Assembly (NCBI GenBank): GCA_965637545.1
Contig: OZ281494.1
Span: 18,848,001-18,912,000 of the forward strand
Length of the DNA stretch: 64,000 nt
Reading direction: 5' to 3'
Origin: Phallusia mammillata
Taxonomy: Eukaryota
The first letter of the stretch is position 1; the number at the start of each line of letters is the position of its first letter. The notes beneath the pieces were generated by a model. That model ran no database searches. It was not told where the DNA came from and saw nothing but the letters and a program-made list of their open reading frames with translations. Position numbers and translations under genes: made by a program. Positions 13,979 to 26,466 of the stretch are shown in pieces.

Positions 13979-14547
13979 CTATAAGCTGCCTACATTTATG
14001 CCACGACTCGAAATATAATTGTCAATATACACACGAAAAGGCGCATATTTTACTTATTTTGTTTCCTCTTTACCTTCTTCTTCTGAAAGATTTGCAAGAT
14101 CACTGATAACTAAGTTTTCCAAATCTTTGTCTTCTTCATGCATTGTGTTTGCCGTGTCTTCCTGTTTTTCTAGAAAACATAATATTTAAAAATTTTACTG
14201 GTTGTACATTTCTCGAGGAATAAAATGAGTAAATTACCAGCAATGTCATTGTCTCCACGTGCGAATTTTCTTAAACGTCTGCAAAAAATGTCTTACGTTT
14301 TTCTCCAATGTGGGCAACAACAATGGCAATTATGTTGACACATTCGGCATTTAGTGACTAAAAGCATACACATTCTAATTTTGTTTGTTTATTAAATATA
14401 CTACCTTATGCGAAGGCAGGAAAATCGTCTTCGGAATGAGCGAACCAAGCGCCGCGCCAAACGCCGTGGGTAGACCCGCTTGGCGTCGCCAAAGTCAACG
14501 AACAACAAGAAGAGAACGACCAAAACTAGACAAGTCTTCAGTTTCAT
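13979..14547 (-). CDS. Cationic peptide precursor 1 (AMP-like): signal peptide + KRVYPRRLARRLVRSFRRRFSCLRIRRLRKFARG + acidic tail
   Basis: Exons 14405-14547, 14238-14278, 14074-14169, 13979-13989 join in phase (2,1,1). ATG directly follows an acceptor (cag|ATG). Signal MKLKTCLVLVVLFLLFVDFGDA is paralogous to copies 2-4. Tail DNDIAEKQEDTANTMHEEDKDLENLVISDLANLSEEEGSL. The last mini-exon is least certain. Not in the ORF track. Confidence 0.75.
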
Positions 14548-15122
14548 CTGAAACATTGAAACAGTTTAGAATACAATAGATAATGAACACCGCTTTACCA
14601 AATTACAAAAACTTACCTCTGATTACTTGGTTCCACAAGATGAATGTAATTCAACGTATTACCATCACCGTTTTTATGGACATCTACATTCCGTACGTGG
14701 GACAAGAATAAGAAACAAATGAACTTATCTCAACACACAATTTGTGGGCAGTACCGTGGGTTATTGTAGCCTACGCACGATTTAATGTGCATATTTATTT
14801 TTGTTCGGATGTTTTCTGTTGTACATTTAACTCCCGATTTGCATGAGTGTATCTGAGTTTACAAAACATTCAAAAAATTTAAGACCAAAATTGCATGTGG
14901 GTATTTGTTTAAAGTATACAAAACATTATTACATTTTTTAAAACAATTGTCACATGTGGGTACATCTTATATAAGCTGTCGCATTAAACTGTTCTATAGT
15001 TTGTCCAACAAGAAACTCAAACTATTGCAATGTTTATTCATGAAAGCGCACGAACAAATTTGCCACTTGTTTTTAAAAAATGAAACGGAAAACAAAATAT
15101 CAAGTTATGTCATAATCTAAAC

Positions 15123-15592
15123 CAGTGGTTCTCAACCGGGGGTCCGCGGACCCCTGGTGGTCCGCCACGCGTTTTCAGGGGGTCCGCGACAACTTCTTAA
15201 TTAACACAAAACGAGATTATTAAATCGCAAATTGAAAAAAAAACGCTTTGGCATTTAAAAAATAGCATGAAACTTGTTTGAAAACATTCTTCGTAGGCAA
15301 CAAACTACAATGCATTATGACATCTAAACCCCATTGTGATGAAACAGACGTAAATTGTTAGTGGAAAAAACGTCATATTACACTGTAATGGCTCTTTCTT
15401 GTTGATTCCCGTTGTCGTAACCCAGAAAAAGGGATTAAAATTTTGGTCCTGGACCAAATGTGGTTGTAACTTTGCACCATGTTTGGTTGCTCGTAAATAA
15501 AAATGAAAAAAAAACCTAAAACTTCTAAGGGGTCCGCAATTAGATTACAGCACCGAAAAGGTCCGCAAAGTTAAAAAGATTGAGAACCACTG
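15123..15592. mobile_element. hAT MITE
   Basis: TIR CAGTGGTTCTCAA / TTGAGAACCACTG; 8-bp TSD ATCTAAAC. Confidence 0.9.
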
Positions 15593-17380
15593 ATCTAAAC
15601 TGAACTAAAAACTGCAGTTCAACGGGTGTTTGTTCGATTGGCTATTTGTATGAAGAACTTAAATGCTGCCAATCGTGTAAGCGTTATGCACTAAAAATTA
15701 AAAGACAGAAACACAGTCCGGCATCAAGTTTTATGTCAAGTGGAGTAGATATATGTTTGGAATATCTTTGGCTAAATATGTACTTCTCATTGTACATTTT
15801 TCCGGATTTTCCACGACAAAGGGAAAATCATTGATGGCAGAAGATAATTTTTCGGTCTGGGGTGCGTTATGCTGGTAGTACCTATACCTCCAGTGTTTTT
15901 TTAAGGTGTTAAATTTCTCCAGCGGTTTCCCAAAATTTGCCAGTAGCCTAATAAATATTTCGTTTAAGCAAATATGGCTATTTTTTTGGTATTTAAATGA
16001 AACACTTGCGGTCTCTTAAAACTACTTAGCGGTCACCCAAACCAAACCTTAAAAAAACCCTGGCCTACCTCAATATTTTGAAAACTGTCGGTCGACACCG
16101 ACTCCAGATGTTATTGCAACACAATTGTTTGTGTCGTTAAGCGAATGAAATTATAAGGCAAAAAAGCGATTCACATGTCTAGCACTAATTATTAGCATCG
16201 TTGCAACGAATATTTTGTTTAATTTCATTGATTACATTAGCCATGTGTGTCAGTTTTTCCTGTATAATGAAACACAATCAATACATGCCTAAAGACTTTG
16301 TTAAAAAGTGCTTAGTGGCAACAGACAGTATAACAAAGACCCACAAACGTTTTATTTCAATGTTCGAATAAAATTTAAGAGAAACACCTAAATAGAACTT
16401 TAAGTAATCACTGCAAGTATCTCTTACGTATCGGATATCGAATCGGATACTTTTTGTGCAAAATAGCGGGAATACTAGGTTTGAATTCAGAAAAAAAAAC
16501 TTAGCCGTAACGCTTACATTTTCGATTGGAAACCCAAACCCAACATCATGATCGCTTTTTTTAACTAAATTGCAAAATGTCGAAACGTATTTTTCAAAAA
16601 CAGACTCTTTCAATGTAGAAATAGCGTTCTGAATCCGGTTTTACACTGTGTTTTGACTGGAACAAACCGATTTTCACACGTTTTACATTAACCGAGTTCT
16701 GATCCCGAAAAACTTTTTTTGTTCTTTGATCCATCATCTGCTCCTAACTCTCTTTTATTTGGTGTGAGAGTTTTACTTAATTCTTATGTTGTTGTTTTTT
16801 ATTTTACTGCATTTTATAAGCAAATTAAAAAGATGGACCAAACAACAAAATCAAGTAAAACTAGTTTTGACGCAAGAGAGGAAGTGAGATAGTAACACTT
16901 CATCTGCAAACATGTTTTAGCATTGTATGATCGCAATAATATTGACTGTCGGTTTGTATGAAAATTTCAAGTTTGACAAATAAACCCCGAAACTTGTTTC
17001 TGGATAAAAGTAGATGAGTGAAATGAATCACTGCCGAAAAATGAACACATGACAAAAATGATAAGCATCGTGTTTTTATTTCAAACTGGTAAACTGTCAC
17101 CCATTGACATGATCCAGTTGATTCTTGGCGACACTTTCAGTCTGCACAAAACAGGTTTAATGTTATTTCCTTGTATTTTTTTGCTAGTCGTTGTATAAAA
17201 TCATAAATGTAACTTAGGTACACAAGACACGGACTTAAATAGTAGCTTTACTGGAAACAAACTGCCAGCGAAGTAGAATAAATAAATGTAACTTTTCTTT
17301 GCATCGAATCTATTTTTTAACTTTTTTATCGTGTCAAAAATTCCGAAATTTATTACATACACAAAAAAGCACCTTCTAAC

Positions 17381-17890
17381 TTAGTTTTCTTCCTCCATTT
17401 TTTCCAAAAAGTCCATTGGATCATCGGCAAAATCTGGATCTTCCTCAAAATTTATCTCTTCAACATCTTCTCCTTGCTCTAAGATATATTTTAATTGTTT
17501 TACTGTTGTTCACGTTACAAGCAAAACCCGTAAAATACCTGGCATTTTGTCCTGTTCATCTTTCCCGAAAAGCCTGGAAAAAAATTATTAATTATTATAC
17601 GTTTTGCTAAAATGCTTACAACCACAAGAGATAGAATACTGCAGAATTAGGATAAAAGTCGCAACTGGATTGTTTTTTAGTTCGATAAATCTATGCTACC
17701 TTCTGCGGCGGAAAAACAATCGTCGGCGCCGGTGAATCCAACCAATCGATCGACGCCGAAAACGCCAAATCGAGCGACGCCGATGACGCCAAATTCGGCG
17801 ACGCCAAAAACGCCTTCGAATTAGCGAGTTCCCGAAATCAATCACCAACAAGAAGAGTAGTAGCAAGCATAGACATGTCTTCACCTTCAT
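17381..17890 (-). CDS. Cationic peptide precursor 2 (AMP-like, Arg/Trp-rich)
   Basis: Exons 17700-17890, 17539-17573, 17381-17478 in phase (2,1). MKVKTCLCLLLLFLLVIDFGNS | LIRRRFWRRRIWRHRRRSIWRFRRRSIGWIHRRRRLFFRRRRLFG | KDEQDKMPEQGEDVEEINFEEDPDFADDPMDFLEKMEEEN*. Probable non-coding first exon near 17955-17990, with a TATA-like TATATAAA (minus strand) near 18011-18018. Confidence 0.85.
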
Positions 17891-18445
17891 CTGAAACGGT
17901 ATTGTACAGTTAGATAACCAAAAATGACCATCACTTTAGCATTTTTTAAACTTACGTTTGACTTGTTGGTTTCACAAGTCGACTACAATCCAATGTGTTG
18001 CCACCGTCGTTTATATACATATTTATACTTCCACACGAAAACACCAATGCAACCTATTACAACAAACATTTGGTGGGTTGTTCCGTCAAGTTTTGTTGTT
18101 TTACCAATAGATGTTATAAAGTTTGTAACAATAACCATGTTTTTCAAGTCAAAACTTAATGTGGGCACTTGTTTTTTCCTGTTGTAACGAAGTTTGCCTA
18201 GAAATACTTATATTAGTTCATGAAAAAGAAACAAATGAATGAAGGGATGCCCCTCAAAAATACCATGGTAAGACCCTAAAAAGCCTAAAAAATGTGGACA
18301 ATATATTTCTTAGCTGTTCATTCAGTTTGACACGTGATGTGAAAACATCCGTCGATCTGATTTCGGGCCTTAGATTTACATTCAAACTGTATTCAAATTT
18401 ACCGACAATTGGAAGTGTGATAATTGCCATTATTATAGTTCCTTT

Positions 18446-19618
18446 TAGTGGTGCACCGAAGTTTCGGTTGGCCGAAACATTTCGGCCGAATACGCTGTTT
18501 TCCGATGTTTCGGTTTCGGCCCGAACTTTTTTTGAAAATTCGGCCGAAACCGAACTTTTTGATTGCATGGAATTAATGCCTAAACCAAGGTTCTTCAACG
18601 GGGGCGATTTCGTCTACCGAGGGGGCGATGGTGGCAATTTTGGAAGTTAGGGGGCGATTTGACTTCAAAAGGGGGCGATTTCAACATTACTGATAGTATA
18701 AATATGCACCATATCTGTGAGACTCACCTAACTTTGACTTACAAGCAGATATAATTCGTCTTGCAAACAAACACCAGGGACAATGGACACGTCAGATTAA
18801 ACATGCTGCTATTTGAATACATTGTGATCTCGAAACCAATGTTAGGCATTTAATTAGCCACAGGGAACACTTTATTGTGGCTATGTATGGTGACAGGCCA
18901 TACTTTAAATACAACGGTAACGAACTTTACCTCGAACTGTTTTCGCTTTTACACTACCTATAGGCCTACAAGCGCTTCCCAAACCGCGAAGTATTTGAAT
19001 CATTTAGGATTCACCTCTACCGAGTAATGCCCTATTGTTGTCAACAAAAGAAAGCGATTGTTTGCGCATAATCGTAATATTGTTTTGTCTATGATGTTAC
19101 AAATTGTTTTCAGATGCGTTTTAATTGCGTGAAATGGACCTTGCGTGTTGTAGTTGCAATGAAATTAGGTTTTAACTGTTAACTGAATCTTTCGTGTTGC
19201 TGGAGAATCTAACTGCCTACATCTGCTCAAAAGGCAGAACTTTTATACAAATAACAATCTCATAGGGGGGCGATTTTGAGCCAGTGCCTTGGAAAGGGGG
19301 CGATTGAGCTAAAAATGTTGAAGACCCCTGGCCTAAACTATCATTTTCGCCTATGCGAAACGTAATAAATTAACTAATTGCTGCGTTTATAAAATACGAG
19401 CCTCAAATATTACAAGTTTAGTAAAACTTTCGCATTGTGAAAGTGATTTTGATTTAACATAATGCACTTCACTCGCATCAACGACGCAAGGTTCAGTTGG
19501 AAACATCCATATAAACGGGGATTTTAGGTTCGGCCTGATTCGGCCGAAATTATTCGGCCTCGTGGCCGAATATTCGGTTTCGGCCCGAACCTTTTCAGGC
19601 GGGTTCGGTGCATCACTA
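18446..19618. mobile_element. hAT MITE (same family as 7122-7619) carrying a nested MITE
   Basis: TIR TAGTGGTGCACCGAA / TTCGGTGCATCACTA; TSD GTTCCTTT (18438-18445, 19619-19626). Confidence 0.85.
18586..19330. mobile_element. Nested hAT MITE
   Basis: Ends CAAGGTTCTTCAAC / GTTGAAGACCCCTG; TSD GCCTAAAC; subterminal GGGGGCGAT repeats. Confidence 0.85.
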
Positions 19619-20029
19619 GTTCCTTTAACAAATGGTTTAATTTGTAAACACTACTGTCGTGACAAACACGTGAGATTAGCATACGCCACTGGAGTTTGAA
19701 AATACTAAGTTTGATGCCATATGCGATTAATTTTATCAAAAGTTAACAGGCCAATACAAGAATTCAAGGTTTAACACTTAGTGTGCCAAGTTCAAAATCC
19801 TTATTTTGTTTAATATGCAGAGCATTGATGGTATTTAAATTTATTGTCAGTCGGTTCTATCACCAAAGTTTTATTTTTCAGTCGGTTCTGTTACAAAAAG
19901 TCCACTGACAGTAACCAATTGTTTAACACAGTGGCACGCTTTTTAGGGCACGTTAAGTAAGACAGAATATTGTATTCAAGTAATCTGTAATTTGAACCCT
20001 TAAAATGCAGCCAACAAGACACTGTATTA

Positions 20030-20146
20030 CTTTTTTTTAACGGGGTTCAAACCCAGGACACTCGTGGGGACGAATCCCGATCAAGGGTTTGTTTCATGTC
20101 TGTTACATAAGTCAGGCGCGCCAGACCATTCGTCCAAGTTCCTGCC
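20030..20146 (-). mobile_element. Short tRNA-derived SINE with poly(A) tail
   Basis: Minus strand GGGCAGGAACTTGGACGAATGG...GGGTTTGAACCCC + A-tail, with A-box and B-box-like motifs. 15-bp TSD CAAGACACTGTATTA (20015-20029, 20147-20161). Homologous to 34527-34765. Confidence 0.8.
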
Positions 20147-21860
20147 CAAGACACTGTATTATATACCAAGAAGGGAAAATCTACTACAACAACATACCTC
20201 ACGGCAGCCCCACATTCCGCTAAATTGTGATATGTGGCGCTAAAGCGACAGTAACCTATATAAAACAGTGTATCTCTAAAAATACTTGGTTGTATCATTA
20301 AAAGTTCAATAAAAACAACTTTAAGACTTAGTTCTTCATGGAAAATTTTCAAATACTTACTTCCCAGCCCTATTTTTTCTAGCAGCTAAATCAGTAATTC
20401 CGCTCTTGGCGTTTTAACTAACTTTCGAGTAGTAGCGGAAAGAGCTGAATTGTTTATTTCGCAGCCAAGGTAGGTTAGAAAGTATTTTTTGTTAAAATTT
20501 TGTGCATAGAAACTTAGTGTTAAAGTTAGTTTTATTGTATTTTAAATAATAATAATACCTGACCCCACTCCAAAAAGCATAGCTATAGTCAGCATGTTTA
20601 GAGATATGTCGTTTTAAATGCGTCTTAGTGCTCTTTGCTCCATCGGAATTTAGCGTAATGTGGGACTGTCGAGGTTTGGTGCTAGTAGATTTTTCGATAA
20701 GTTACCACTTATTTCTAAATTAGAATCCAACGGAAACGAAGCTTATTGGAAACATGTCTGTGTTTTGCCCAAACAAATATTTTGCAACAGTAGGATATGT
20801 TGCTTTATCCTTTTCTTAGATTTTAAAACTTATTTTGTTTTTTGCTAATGTTTATATGACGTGACTTATAAGATTACGCCGCTACAATTTTGTTTTTTTT
20901 GTTCACTTTACAAATTTCCATCAAGGTATTTACTTTTCCTTCTCTGTAGTAACTAGACAACACCAGATTCTAGTATTACATTTTGGAGAGATTGAATTAT
21001 TTGGGGTTTTTGTTTGGGTTTGGGGCATCAGGTACACCAAGTGCACTTAAAGACGTTTTTCTGCATGTTTGGGTAGTTTTGATAATTCCTGGCAATTGTT
21101 TGTCTTTTTGCGCATGGGTTTATGCGTTTATTCGTTTCCCCAATGGACACCCAACACTGAAAACGAAGATAATGTAAAAAAATCCTTTATGTAACGCACA
21201 AGCCCAACAACTCATTTTGTTTTGAAATAGTTACAACTGTAAATATATTTGTACTTTACATAATTACGAGCGGGTATTTTTTGTTCAGTTATCGGGTTTG
21301 CGCGGTATATGGGGAGTAGGTTTGTTTTTCCAGGTTAAAAAAATATTTGTGCGTAAGGTGTAGGTTGCTATTTTAACACTCTGTTATTTTGGTAGGGATA
21401 CAGGTTTGTTCTGACGTTGTTATTTTGCGAGACGGTTTATTTTGATTCGGTACAGATTTATTACGCCACGCTTGTTTGTATTTGAAATTGACTGCAATGT
21501 GTTCTAACGGTTTAGCCACTTGAAATTCGTTTGAGAAATGTCATATAGCTGCCTTTAACCTGTGTTCAACAATAAAAAGAAGTTGCTGCCCCATCGTGTA
21601 TTTATTTTGATCATAATTTTATCACAATATTTTGGAGATCGTCTTCCCTGTCAGAAGTCATTTTCTGTAAAAACATAAACAATTAATCAACAGCTAAATA
21701 AGCATATTATAGCACGCTCAATCACCAACAACAGGAAGCCAACATTTTAACACGTTTGCTTCTAACACAAGTAGAATTAGATTTTATACGTCTTTACTGA
21801 GCTACGGTTTTTATTAAGCTATCGTACAGCTAAACGTACCTTTAAATTTTTCTCTTAAAT

Positions 21861-22425
21861 TTATTCGGTAAGTTTATTCTCTTCTACTTCAAGCAGATCA
21901 TTAATATCATCTGAATCATCAGGAAGACTCTCGAACTCTTTGTCTTCTTCAAGTTTTACGTCTTCGTTGTCATCTTCGTTTTCTATTTGTTACATTAAAA
22001 AGAACAGACCCGCTACGCTTAAAAGTGGCCTAATACGCAAAAATGGAAATACTAAATGAGCTTGGCACACATTTTACGAGAGAGTGATCAATAACTTAAA
22101 TTGATCACTTTGTAGCAAGATTACCTAAATATTGACGGGTGTAGACCATATCAGATTTACCTGAGATAAAGTTGTCTTTTCCAGTCCTGTGTAAGCAAAA
22201 CATAATTTGTAGCAATGGTATTAGTAGCACATAGTTTCAGATAAAAACTTTAAAGACTTGCCTGCTGCGGCGGCGGTAGTAACAGCGTCGACGGTAGTAC
22301 GGTGTTCGACGTCTGTAGATTACAATACGTCTTCGACTTCTTCGTCGCCAAAAAAGCAATGAGTCACTCAGATCAACTACCAAAAGAAAAAGCACAAGGA
22401 GGGAGACGCACGTCTTGATTTTCAT
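21861..22425 (-). CDS. Cationic peptide precursor 3 (AMP-like, Arg/Tyr-rich)
   Basis: Exons 22262-22425 (GC donor AG|GCAAGT), 22161-22186, 21861-21982. MKIKTCVSLLVLFLLVVDLSDS | LLFWRRRSRRRIVIYRRRTPYYRRRCYYRRRSRTG | KDNFISENEDDNEDVKLEEDKEFESLPDDSDDINDLLEVEENKLTE*. Confidence 0.85.
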
Positions 22426-22574
22426 CTGTAAACGCAAACAAATAGTATATTACACTTTAACGTTTATAAACTACAAGCAAATTTCACTTAAAAATACATG
22501 TTTTGTTATTAAACCTACCTTGTTTGATCAACCTTCGCTGTACCAAACTGTGCAAAGTTTACATTGACAGCTAC

Positions 22575-22585
22575 TTATATAGCAT
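22575..22585 (-). promoter_or_regulatory. TATA-like box of precursor 3 (equivalent site ~27177-27185 for precursor 4)
   Basis: GCTATATAAG on the minus strand, ~25-60 nt upstream of a probable non-coding exon ending in CAAG|gtaggt near 22519. Confidence 0.45.
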
Positions 22586-23440
22586 TCAAATCAAACCGAA
22601 ATATCCAATCAGCCGTTGAGAAGTAAAATCCAAACGTGTTGGCGTTTCCCTCTCTTCCGTGCCCAAATAGGCAGCCTGCCTTAAAATCGCAAACAAATCC
22701 GGTTTTGGGTGTTTATCCGCACAACCCACTGCAATTTTTAGCGTGAAGATAGTTTTACCGGATAAGCGATGTATTTATATTCCGTAGGCAAGAACAGTGG
22801 GTGCGTCCTTTGTGAACCCGCACCATCCTTAGTTGATTTCAAATCATCCACCTACTGTAGAAATCCTTCTTGTGACAGCTGTTGTTGTAACAAGCTTTTG
22901 CGAGTGAGCAATATCGAGATAAAATATTGCAATCAAGTATTTTGATTAATTAAACCTTTAAGTCTTCTTGGGGGTTATTGCGGGCTGCAGCGGGCCGATT
23001 GACATTAAAAATACACGCGAGGGCCACATAGCATGCAAGCCCGAACGCAGCGCTGTTCCAAAGCTGTGCTTCGCGTAGATCTTTTGTGGAATCTAAAGAA
23101 GCTCAATGGCTTACTACAATCTTATTTAGAGTCATATAGTGCTACTGTCAAAACGTAAAATTCTGTGCCATATTCAAGAGTCTCCTCTATTGGCAATATT
23201 TATTTATTTTCATCGCAATTAACCAAACAAAACATTGGTTCGTACAATAGCGAAGGCATTAATATATTTAGTCCTGCTGTGATGTAACAAACTGTCTTTC
23301 GAACGTTTTTCTTCGTTCTGTAAAACAAGGGGAAATTAATCCTATAGGTATACATATTGTTGCGGGAACACTTACATTAGAAATAGTTAACGCAAGATTA
23401 TTTTTTTTGAGATTTATGGCAAGATAAAAGGCCTTCGCGG

Positions 23441-24029
23441 CAGAGTTGCAAGTCGGGCCGGGCTTTTCGGGCCGGGTTCGGGCCGGGTTCAGGCCGGGTT
23501 CGGGCCGGGTTCGGGCCGGGTTCGGGCCGGGTTCGGGCCGGGTTCGGGCCGGGTTCGGGCCGGGTTCGGGTTCGGGCCGGGTTCGGGCCGGGTTCGGGCC
23601 GGGTTCGGGTTCGGGCCGGGTTCGGGCCGGGTTCGGGCCGGGTTCGGGCCGGGTTCGGGCCGGGTTCGGGCTTAGGTATTTGTGAGAAAACGGGCTTAAA
23701 ACGGGCCTGACTTTAGGTTCCGTGCCCGCCATTGTTTTTTAAATAAAATCATTCAACTAAGTAACGATTCTCTGGCTTTGACCTAATGCCCACCCTCCTC
23801 TAAAACGTATTGTTTACCCCATTGTCTACTATTGTTCATTGTGTTTGTTGCCTTTCTCTTTTTTTTTCTCATCCTTTGTTGCAAGGCTTTCTTGGATAGG
23901 CCCGTCAATCAAAATTTCGGGCCTAAACGGGCTTTGCAAAAACGTTTCGGGTTCGGGTCGGGCTTCGGGCTTATACTTTCGGGTTCGGGCCGGGTTCGGG
24001 CTCAGATTTCGGGCCCGCTTGCAACTCTG
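23441..24029. mobile_element. hAT MITE containing a GGGCCGGGTTC tandem array
   Basis: TIR CAGAGTTGCAAG / CTTGCAACTCTG; TSD CTTCGCGG. Absent from duplicate unit B, which has a single CTTCGCGG at ~28033-28040. Confidence 0.9.
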
Positions 24030-26466
24030 CTTCGCGGGCCGGATAAGATGACGTCGCGTGCTGGATCTGGCCCACGCGCCGCGGGTCGTAGTTTGGGGCA
24101 CCTGGCTACAGAGTGTATAGGAAAAACCGAAATGTTACTTCCAGAAAAATTGAAGTGCAAATGAGGCGGCTTAAAACAACTTGCTGGGGAACAAAATTGT
24201 CATTGACTTGATGACAATAGTTTTGTCAAATCGTTTAAACTTTACAGTTGAATACTATTTTTGCGACATCCAAAGACGATTCTGTTCGTGGTTAAGAATG
24301 TTTTAGGTTTCTGAAAGTACTACAAGTCCCCTAAATATAATGCAAAACATGCAGAAACATCAAAACATCTGGATACTTTTGCTGCAAATATTGTGCGATT
24401 GCACCCACCAAAGGCTTGTAGATTACATATAATGGGCAAAAAATATGTCAAGACATGGATATACGAAAGCTGTGTTGGAAACAGCATAGGCCCAGCCCAT
24501 TTCAATTGAGAGAAGGGACACAAAACTTGATAAATATTTAACATGGCATTAATTTAAGTCCACGACTTTTCTTACGATCTTATGAACCAAGCCTGCTTAC
24601 TTAATTTGCAACCGGTCCAGAATCCTGCAATCACGGCTCACCACTAAAGCCAATTATACTCCCTCACACTGGTTTAGCCTATGGGCGCGACTTATATTTA
24701 AAACAATGTAAAAGCAAAGTTACACCGAGCACGTGGCAACCCACCACCAATACCAACAACAACACCACTACGTTTCACGGCGCCCAGAGAAAAGCCCTAT
24801 CAACGACTAGCGACGCGCTATTTTAGGCATGTGGAACAAGAAGGCACATTCCGGCGCAATCAACGCCTTGCAAACCAATCACCCCTAAGGGGAAGCAGCG
24901 AGGGTGCCACAACACAAAAACGTAATTAAGGTGCCACAACGAAAAAGAACGAAAACAAAAAGTGACGGTGACAAAAAATCAACAAGCAAATAAAATTTCG
25001 CTACAGTAGCCCAAAGAGCTGAATTGTTTATTTCGCAGCCGAGGTAGGTTAGAGTTAGAAAGTAATTTTTTAAAAAAATTGTGTATAGAAACTTAGTGTT
25101 AAAGTCAGTTTTATTGTATTTTAAATAATAATAATACCTGACCCCATTCCAAAAAGCATAGCTATATAGTCAGCATGTTTAGAGATATGTCGTTTTAAAT
25201 GCGTCTTAGTGCTCTTTGCTCTACCTATCGGAATTTAGCATAATGTGGGACTGTCGAGGTTTGGTGCTAGTAGCTTTTTCGATAAGTTACCACTTATTTC
25301 TAAATTAGAATCCAGCGGAAACGAAGCATATTGGAAACATGTCTGTGTTTAGCCCAAACAAATATTTTGCAACAGTAGGATATGTTGCTTTATCCTTTTT
25401 GTGCTAAACACCTTACTTAGATTTTAAACTTATTTTGCGTTTGTTTTTTGCTGATGTTTATATGACGTGACTTATAACATTACGCCGTTACATTTTTGTT
25501 TTTTTGTTCACTTTACAAACTTCCGTCAAGGTATTTATTTTTCTTTCTCTGTAGTAACTAGACAACACCAGATTCTAGTATTACATTTTGGAGAGATTGA
25601 ATTATTTGGGGTTTTGTTTGGGTTTGGGGCATCAGGTACACCAAGTGCACGTAAAGACGTTTTTCTGCATGTTTGGGGCAGTTTTGATAATTCCTGGCAA
25701 TTGCTTGTCTTGTTGCGCATGGGTTTATGCGTTTATTTGTCGCCGCGATGGACATCCAAAACTGAAAACGAAGATAACGAAAAATTCCTTTATGTAAAGC
25801 ACAAGTCCAACAAATCATTTTGTTTTGAAATAGTTACAACTGTAAATATATTTGTACTTTACATAATTACGAGCGGGTATTTTTTGTTCAGTTATCGGGT
25901 TTGCGGGGTATATGGGAAATAGGTTTGTTTTTCCAGGTTAAAAAAAATATTTGTGCGTAAGGTGTATGTTGCTAAACTTTATCACTCTGTTATTTTGGTA
26001 GGGATACAGGTTTGTTCTGACGTTGTTATTTTGCAAGACGGTTTATTTTGATTCGGTACAGATTTATTACGCCACGCTTGTTTGTATTGGAAATTGACTG
26101 CAATGTGTTCTAAAGGTTTAGCCACTTGAAATTCGTTTGAGAAATGTCATATAGCTGCCTTTAACCCGTGTTCAACAATAAAAAGAAGCTGCTGCCCCGT
26201 CATGTATTTATTTTGATCATAATTTTATCACAATATTTAGGAGATCGTCTTCCCTGTCAGAAGTCCTTTTCTGTAAAAACATAAACAATTAATCAACAGC
26301 TAAATAAGCATATTATAGCACGCTCAATCATCAGCAACAGGAAATCAACATTTTAACACGTTTGCTTCTAACACAAGTAAAATTAGATTTTATACGTCTT
26401 TACTGAGCTACGGTTTTAATTAAGCTATCGTACAGCTAAACGTACCTTTAAATTTTTCTCCTAAAT

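Noticed and set aside
22645-22660. NF-kB-like site GGGAAACGCC upstream of peptide genes 3/4
   Set aside because: Mismatch to the GGGRNNYYCC consensus and expected by chance.
23455-23670. Possible CRISPR array
   Set aside because: Contiguous short tandem units with no unique spacers, in a eukaryotic context.
23268-24164. Pro/Arg- and Gly-rich ORFs (PEPGPNPARTR / GSGRVRAGF)
   Set aside because: Translations of the GGGCCGGGTTC array inside a MITE with TIRs and a TSD; open on both strands.
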